Assembly: GCF_011745625.1 (NCBI RefSeq)
Contig: NW_027191460.1
Span: forward strand, 620,001-684,000
From: Cladosporium halotolerans
Lineage: Eukaryota
DNA length: 64,000 nucleotides
Direction of reading: 5' to 3'
Under the pieces are notes generated by a model. It did not search any database. It was not told the DNA's origin and saw only the letters and a program-made list of their open reading frames with translations. Positions 58,401 through 64,000 of the stretch are shown piece by piece. Made by a program: the position numbers and the translations under genes. How positions within the stretch are numbered: position 1 is the first letter of the stretch; each line of letters starts with the position of its first letter.

Positions 58401-61105
58401 CCTTCTTAGCGAGCAGGCTGTCTCTGAGCTCGTCTTTGCGCTCGCGCTTTTGGGGGCCGCCAGTGATGGTTAGGCCGCGCTTGCCGCGTGTGATGTTGTC
58501 TTTGAGGACGTCGGGCGCGACGTATCTCTCGGTTTGGGCTTTGCGGAGGCTGCCGAATTTGGACATGAACTCGGGTTGTTCCTGGGCTTTGGGCTCAGAT
58601 ACGGGGCGAGAGCGCAGGGTGCTGCGGAAGTCGGTTGTTGGTTTGGGAGTGGGCTCGGGCTTGGGCTTGTCCTCTGGCTTCGTGGTGCCTATGGGCGGTG
58701 ATTTGGTGACGCTGGTCACACTGGGCTGTCTTCCAAGTTCAGGGCTTTCAGAGAAGGTTTCAGGCTTGGGCTTGGTTGGAGGTGGTGATTTTGCTGACTC
58801 GGGTTCAGCCTGCTTGCTTGGTGTCTCCGAGACGTCTGGCTTCTCTGACGACATTGATTCGTTGGAGCTGCGCGGCGCGGGCTCCTCTTCGATCTTGGTC
58901 TCAGCAGACCGCCTGCTCGGCGCGGCCTCAAGCTTGAAGTTCGAAGTCTCATCTTTGGTCGTAGGTGTTGCAAGTTTTTCAGAAATCTGCAAAGACTCCT
59001 GGGTGAGAGTGCTGGTCGGTCTCGAGCTGAGACTAGCGGGCTTTGCCTTCGTCGGTGGCGTGATAGACCTCGTGCTACCAGTTTCTGAACGAAAGTCTTT
59101 GGATTCAGGGCGTTTCAGCAGGGCAGGGCCGAAAGGAGTCTCCTTGGTGGGCGAAGAAGGCCTGCTTCGCTCGCCAGGGTTCGGGCTGTCCATGCCGGGT
59201 CCGGCCTCTGCGCTTGTCCTCTGAGCCTTCGCGCGGGCAATGTTCTCCATCCAGCTCGGCTGTGCAGACCTTGTTGGTGATGGCTTTGGCGAATCCGGCT
59301 TCGAAAGCGCGCTCTCAATCCAAGAAGACTTGTTGGGGCTCCACCGCTTCGAGGGGCTGCCCATGGGAGATGTGAGGCCGCCATCCTGATCCCCAGTCGT
59401 GCTGTACGTTGATGCGACGGATTTGCTTCGGCTGTGATTTCTAGAAGGATGGCCAGGCCGGGCGTCTTGTGGGCGCGACGCCAAAGCAGTCAGATTGCTA
59501 CTGCTTGAGCTGGGTCTTGAGCTCGGCTCGTGGCTGCTGTCGCGACTGTCGTCTTCGACGGGTTCCAGTTTCGGCATGCTATACGATCCCTGGAGCCCAC
59601 CGAATCCGCTGCGTGCACTCGCTGTCGAGCCCTGTCTGCTCAATCCCCCCGCCGGCTGAGCACTCCAGCGCTTGTTCTGGCTGTCCGAACGTTTCATGAG
59701 GGCACTCTGGACAAAGCCACCCATGCCTTTGGTCGGAGAAGATGGACGCTCATTGACGCCGGCGAGACGTGCTTGAGATGCAGACATCGTAGGTGTTCGG
59801 CTGAGGCCAGAAGGCTCGTTGGAATCTGTTGTAGTGGAAGACATCCTACCGCTGGAGCCCGGCCTGAAGGGCAGGTCATTGCTCGGTTTGTAGTCTGAAA
59901 CCGAAGGCGTCGTCGGCCTTGCGCTCCCCGTATTGCTATCCTGTCTCGTACTGAACCGCGAGGGTGCCTCCGAAACAACACTTGCGCTCCCCGTGTTGCT
60001 ATTCTGTCTTGTACTGAACCGCGAGGGTGTCTCCGAAACAACACTTTCCGCCGCAGGACTCCCAGCACGCACAGGCTCCGCAGAGCTCTCCCGCGACATG
60101 CCAGGCAGACCTCTACGACCCGAGAACACATCATCGCCGCCGTTTGTCTCTTCCTTGCTCCTTCTGTATGCTGCGTTTCCAACGCCTCTGTCGGCCGTCT
60201 GGCGGAAGTACGACGGGTCGCGTGCGCCGAGGGATGCGGCGATCTGGTCGCGCGAGAGCTGGGGTTCTTCGACCGAGGCGTCTCGTGTATGGGCGGCCGC
60301 GGCCATCGACATCGGTCTGCCGGCTGTCCCTCGTGACGTCGGCCTCTGCTGCCATTTCATGGTGTTCGAGCGCGTGGGCATTGCGGCGCTGGGCGAAGGT
60401 TTGGGCGCCGCGTCGGAGGCTTCTGCTGTTCGTCTTGCGGCGCCAGGAGTGGACGGCGCGCTGCCGCGTTTGATAGAGCCGAAGCCCTTGAACTCGGGCA
60501 CCTCGCCTGGCGCGCGCTGGGGAGGTTCGTTGCTGGCCATGGCGGTGTCGATGGTTGCAGGGCCGGACGGCGTCAATGGTGGCGGCGAACCGAGCGCGGC
60601 TTTGGTGCTGCTCGGGGTGTTGACGGCGGTGTCGTTGTTCGCTCGGAGGGCCGACGTTGGCGTTTCAGGTTGCGCCTTCTGAGGCGAGATGGACCTCGCG
60701 CGCTCTACACGATCGCGGTGACCCCACGGTCAGCGTTCACACTTCGACGGAGGCCGGCCAGCCTTCACTCTCGAATGAATGTGCAGTTGGTTTCTACTAC
60801 AGCGATTCCTGCTACTCACCTACTCTGCGTGCGAGCCGCTCTTGTCTGCCTTTCTCGATCTCTTCCTCTAGTTTCCGATATCGCTCATTGTCCTCCCGCT
60901 CTCTCTTTTCCGAAAGCTCGCGCACCGACTTGAGGAATGCGGCAGGGTCCAGATCGTCTTCTTCTGTGGGTTCGGCGGAGCTGTTCTTCCGCGCGGGTGC
61001 AAGTGGCGACTGTTGGGAGATGTGTTGTTGCCGTTCGGGTGAAGCTGAAGTCTGCCGCGGAGGAGGGGAAGCGGCAGCACCAGCGTCGATAACAGAGGAC
61101 GCCAT
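55481..61105 (-). CDS. Large Pro/Ser-rich protein with DUF4045-like region and C-terminal gelsolin/villin-like repeats
   Basis: Exons ~61105-60820, 60704-56970 and ~56835-55481. Motifs 'FLKSVRELSEKREREDNER..KLEEEI', 'SPTKGMGGFVQSA' and gelsolin-like 'LYLWKGSAC..EEIGAA...EVDQGAE..SF'. Confidence 0.85.
59918..60046. repeat. 63-bp tandem duplication inside coding exon
   Basis: 59918-59980 and 59981-60043 differ at 4 positions and encode SVVSE(T/A)PSRFSTRQ(N/D)SNTGSA twice. Confidence 0.95.
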
Positions 61106-61669
61106 GGTGTCAACAATAACACAGCAGCACGCTTGGGACCGTCGACAGGGATCCGCGTCCGCGGGAACACGAGCGAGCAGCAGTCGGGTGCTTGTGGGAT
61201 GTGGGAACCGCGGGCGGTAACCTTATGTACTGCAGGACGGGACGGTGTTATGGTAGTCAGAAGTAGTGTTTCGGACGCTTGCTATCTAGATCGCCGGCCG
61301 CATATAGGCAACGCCTCGCTTGTCTTTGGAATGCGGCCTCATCGACGAGGCCCGCAGACATTGGCCTCGTAGGCGTGGCCGACATGCGTCCTTGAGCGCT
61401 GCGTTTCAGGTGCCACCTTTAGCTCATGGTGCATGCTTGTTTTGCCTCTGCCATTGTGCGGCCGTATGGCTGCTAGACGGCATAGACTTCATGCACGCCA
61501 TCACATCGTGCATTTGTTTACATCGCCAGAGCGGGACGCTAAACGTCCGCTAAACCCAACGCGCGTTGTGCATGCCAAGGTGAGACCATGGTGGAGAGGG
61601 CTGCGGTTCCGCTTCTTCTCCGCCGTGACGAGGGCAGCTGAGGGACTCATAGCAACGAGGAAAGTCTGA

Positions 61670-62480
61670 TCAGTAAAGAAAGAGCCGATCTTTGGCGTCT
61701 TGGACGACCCATTGCAGGCCTTCCTGGAGGTTCTCGCCCGTCATGGCGCTGCAGGTCATGATCCGCCACTTGTGGGTGCGAATGCTGTCTAGGTGTAATC
61801 CCTGCTGTCTGTGATTAGTGTGTTGTGGTCGGGTAGCGTGCCGTGCGCGGAATAGGGAAAGCCACACCTCGCGGATTTCGTCTTCAGTCATGGCTCCAGC
61901 GACGTCGCTTTTGTTCTTGAAGATGAGCAGAGATGCCCCCATGAGACGCTGTGGAGTGGTCAGCGGGTGTTGTGTCGATTTTCCGTGATGCGCACCTCTT
62001 GCAGGAGCAGGCCTTCCAGTTCCTGTCGGCAGTCTCCCAGTCGCCCCCTGTCCGTGGAATCCACGACCCAGATGAGTGTATCGGTCTTTTCGAAGTAGTT
62101 CTTCCAGTATGTGCGGAGTGTCTTTTGACCTCCGACGTCCCCTTCGCGCAAGTCAGCAGATTCCGTCGTGCGTTGGTTCACTGGGGCGGCTCACATATGT
62201 TCAGTTTGTACCTAGGACTGAATCAGTCTTTCGCTCACTCAGTGTAGGCATGTGAAGGCTCACCCGTCATAATCGATGGTCTTGATAATGAATCCCAGCG
62301 TCGGACTGACACTATTCACGTCTTCATTCATGATCTTCTTGACAATCGTGGTCTTTCCGGCATTGTCCAGTCCGCTTTCACGCGTCAGAAGTGACTGTCT
62401 GGGGGCATCCAGGACACTCACAGCATCAGGATTCGCATCTCCTTGTCTTTAAGACGGGCCTTCCGGAGTATCGACAACAT
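61670..62480 (-). CDS. ARL2: ADP-ribosylation factor-like GTPase 2 (Arl2/Cin4/Alp41)
   Basis: Six exons splice to [29 protein letters not shown]...|[26 protein letters not shown]...|...NKSD...|...CSAMTG...DRLFLY. Confidence 0.95.
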
Positions 62481-63269
62481 CCTGGAGGTTTCGATATTTT
62501 GGTCGATTCTCGGAGGGAGGAAGAAAGAATCGGAAACAAATCCAGCAAGACCGCGCTGATCACGTGGTCCTTGAAAGTGTGAATATTCCACAAGGCCCCA
62601 ACTACTTTCGCAGCGGATAGCCCCTCTCACTGGAGCACAATAGCATTCACGCGCGTCCGGAGGCGTGGGTTGTCATAGCTCACCGGCTGTTCACGCATTG
62701 TGTCCAGCCATACTACGGCTTTCGCTGGCATCACAGGCGTCAAGTAATAACTGGAGGGGCATTCGCATGACCGGGCATATGATCCAAGCGATCCAAGGAT
62801 CGAAAATCTCTGTCGGGTGGTCAGTTGCTCACTGTGTTTCCGTCACGAGTCGAAAGCGAAGATTGTCAGTCGGAAAGCTGGTGAAGCACAAGGACATCAA
62901 ATGGAGCCCCCAATGGAGTCTTTCCTCATCTCACGCAGCGATGAGGACACGGCCCGAGCGCGAGGCTTGACGTCGTTCTTGGGCGAGTTTGGGAAGGAGC
63001 GACCCAGGGGCGGGGCGCACACAAAAACCAGCGCCGCCAGCTTGTTGTTGCTGTCATCAACGCGCTTGAAGACTGCCACTCTGCCAACGCGCGTGAAGTC
63101 AGCCACTCTGCCCACACCAGCGACCAGCACTTCAGCTGTCACTTCGGTTCACACTTCGATTGACGGCTGGACTGCCGCGCTGAAGACCACTTGCGCCACC
63201 GCGTCTGCGCCTGCTTCTGCGCGATACTCGTTGGAACACACACTGACAAGCAGTCATAGACCCGGCAGC

Positions 63270-64000
63270 ATGGCCCCGTTCAAAGCGAAGAGGGCTCCTC
63301 GCGTCAAGTACGTTGTGGAGAACACGTTCGGCGAGCACCCAACCGAACGCGACAAGGGACACTCGGCGACGGCAGCCACAGCCCAGCCCTCTGCCGCTCC
63401 TCCCACGTCCCTCCCACCCACTGACAACAGGAACGCGCCCACCACGCCCCTCGCGGAGATCATCAAGGAAAGAATCCATGCTATCACTCGCTCGGCCGAA
63501 GCTGTCTCCAACCCCGCTGCAGACTCCGACACCAGCGCTGACATGGCCCGCCGCGGAGGCCCCAAGAAAGCCACTCCGGACCAAGTGAAGGAGCTGACGT
63601 CCAAGAGCCACTCATCCGGCAAAGCAAACAGCGATTCCTCCAAGCCGGCTGCGTCCACCGCCAGCTCGAAGGGCAAGTCCAGGGCCGATTCGACGGGCCC
63701 TGCTACAGCGTCCAAGCCGCCGGGATCCGGCACCAGCAGCGGTCGCCAACAGCCTTCCCGCACCGATCAGTCACCCCAGAAGGGCAGGAGCGAGCGTGTC
63801 AGCTCTTTCCGTGGCACCGCTGCTAACAATGAGGCGGGCTTCCCGGCCAAAACCGCAAGCACCATCCCCGCCAACAGCAGCTGGGAGGCTTCGCTCAACG
63901 ATCCGTCTGCCACCCAGGCCACCGGCACTTGGGACCCTGGCCACCCGCCGTACAAGTCTGACTCGTATTTCAGGCGCGAACAGCTTCGCGCGGAGCAGGC
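63270..64000 (+). CDS. Hypothetical low-complexity protein, 3' end beyond window
   Basis: ATG at 63270 (MAPFKAKRAPRVKYVVENTFGEHP...) stays open to the end of the window; divergent from ARL2; no recognisable domain. Confidence 0.6.
   Translation, partial: MAPFKAKRAPRVKYVVENTFGEHPTERDKGHSATAATAQPSAAPPTSLPPTDNRNAPTTPLAEIIKERIHAITRSAEAVSNPAADSDTSADMARRGGPKKATPDQVKELTSKSHSSGKANSDSSKPAASTASSKGKSRADSTGPATASKPPGSGTSSGRQQPSRTDQSPQKGRSERVSSFRGTAANNEAGFPAKTASTIPANSSWEASLNDPSATQATGTWDPGHPPYKSDSYFRREQLRAEQ

Noticed and set aside
57203..59224. 673-aa plus-strand ORF and other long antisense ORFs (e.g. 3389..4309, 10094..10993, 14237..15175)
   Set aside because: Shadow frames opposite real genes, produced by GC-rich codon bias; no domain signal.
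1..64000. Secondary-metabolite cluster, intact transposon, rRNA/snRNA or TPP riboswitch
   Set aside because: No PKS/NRPS/terpene synthase, transposase or RT motifs, and no recognisable 5S, U6 or TPP consensus were seen by eye; a covariance-model scan was not possible.

Overview
Eukaryotic, intron-containing genomic DNA from a filamentous ascomycete (GT-AG introns with CTRAC-type branch sites; gene content suggests a Dothideomycete-like fungus, which is inference). The window holds about 20 protein-coding genes: two MFS transporters, a 1742-aa sacsin-like GHKL ATPase, CSE1, CDC123, a ferric reductase, a small protein, an alpha/beta hydrolase, an amidase, GAD1, two Zn2Cys6 factors, AAH1, SEC63, a TRP/Flc-like membrane protein, a gelsolin-repeat protein, ARL2 and a truncated orphan ORF. 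There are also three intron-containing tRNA genes (Arg-TCG, Gln-CTG, Gly-GCC). The most unusual signal is a degenerate ~100-bp repeat (core GAAAATCG..TT...GGxGATGGTAGYACC...CTCYGAGAT) in short arrays at four separate intergenic loci (~17.1-17.5, 24.6-24.75, 28.3-28.55, 45.1-45.5 kb). Two of these arrays flank a stop-disrupted ~510-codon orphan gene with weak tyrosine-recombinase-like motifs. Other highlights are a predicted alternatively spliced Q/Y-rich C-terminus on a Zn2Cys6 factor, a frameshifted TRP-like gene, a PTS1-bearing amidase and an 88-bp direct repeat. All alignments were done by eye; no database searches were run.
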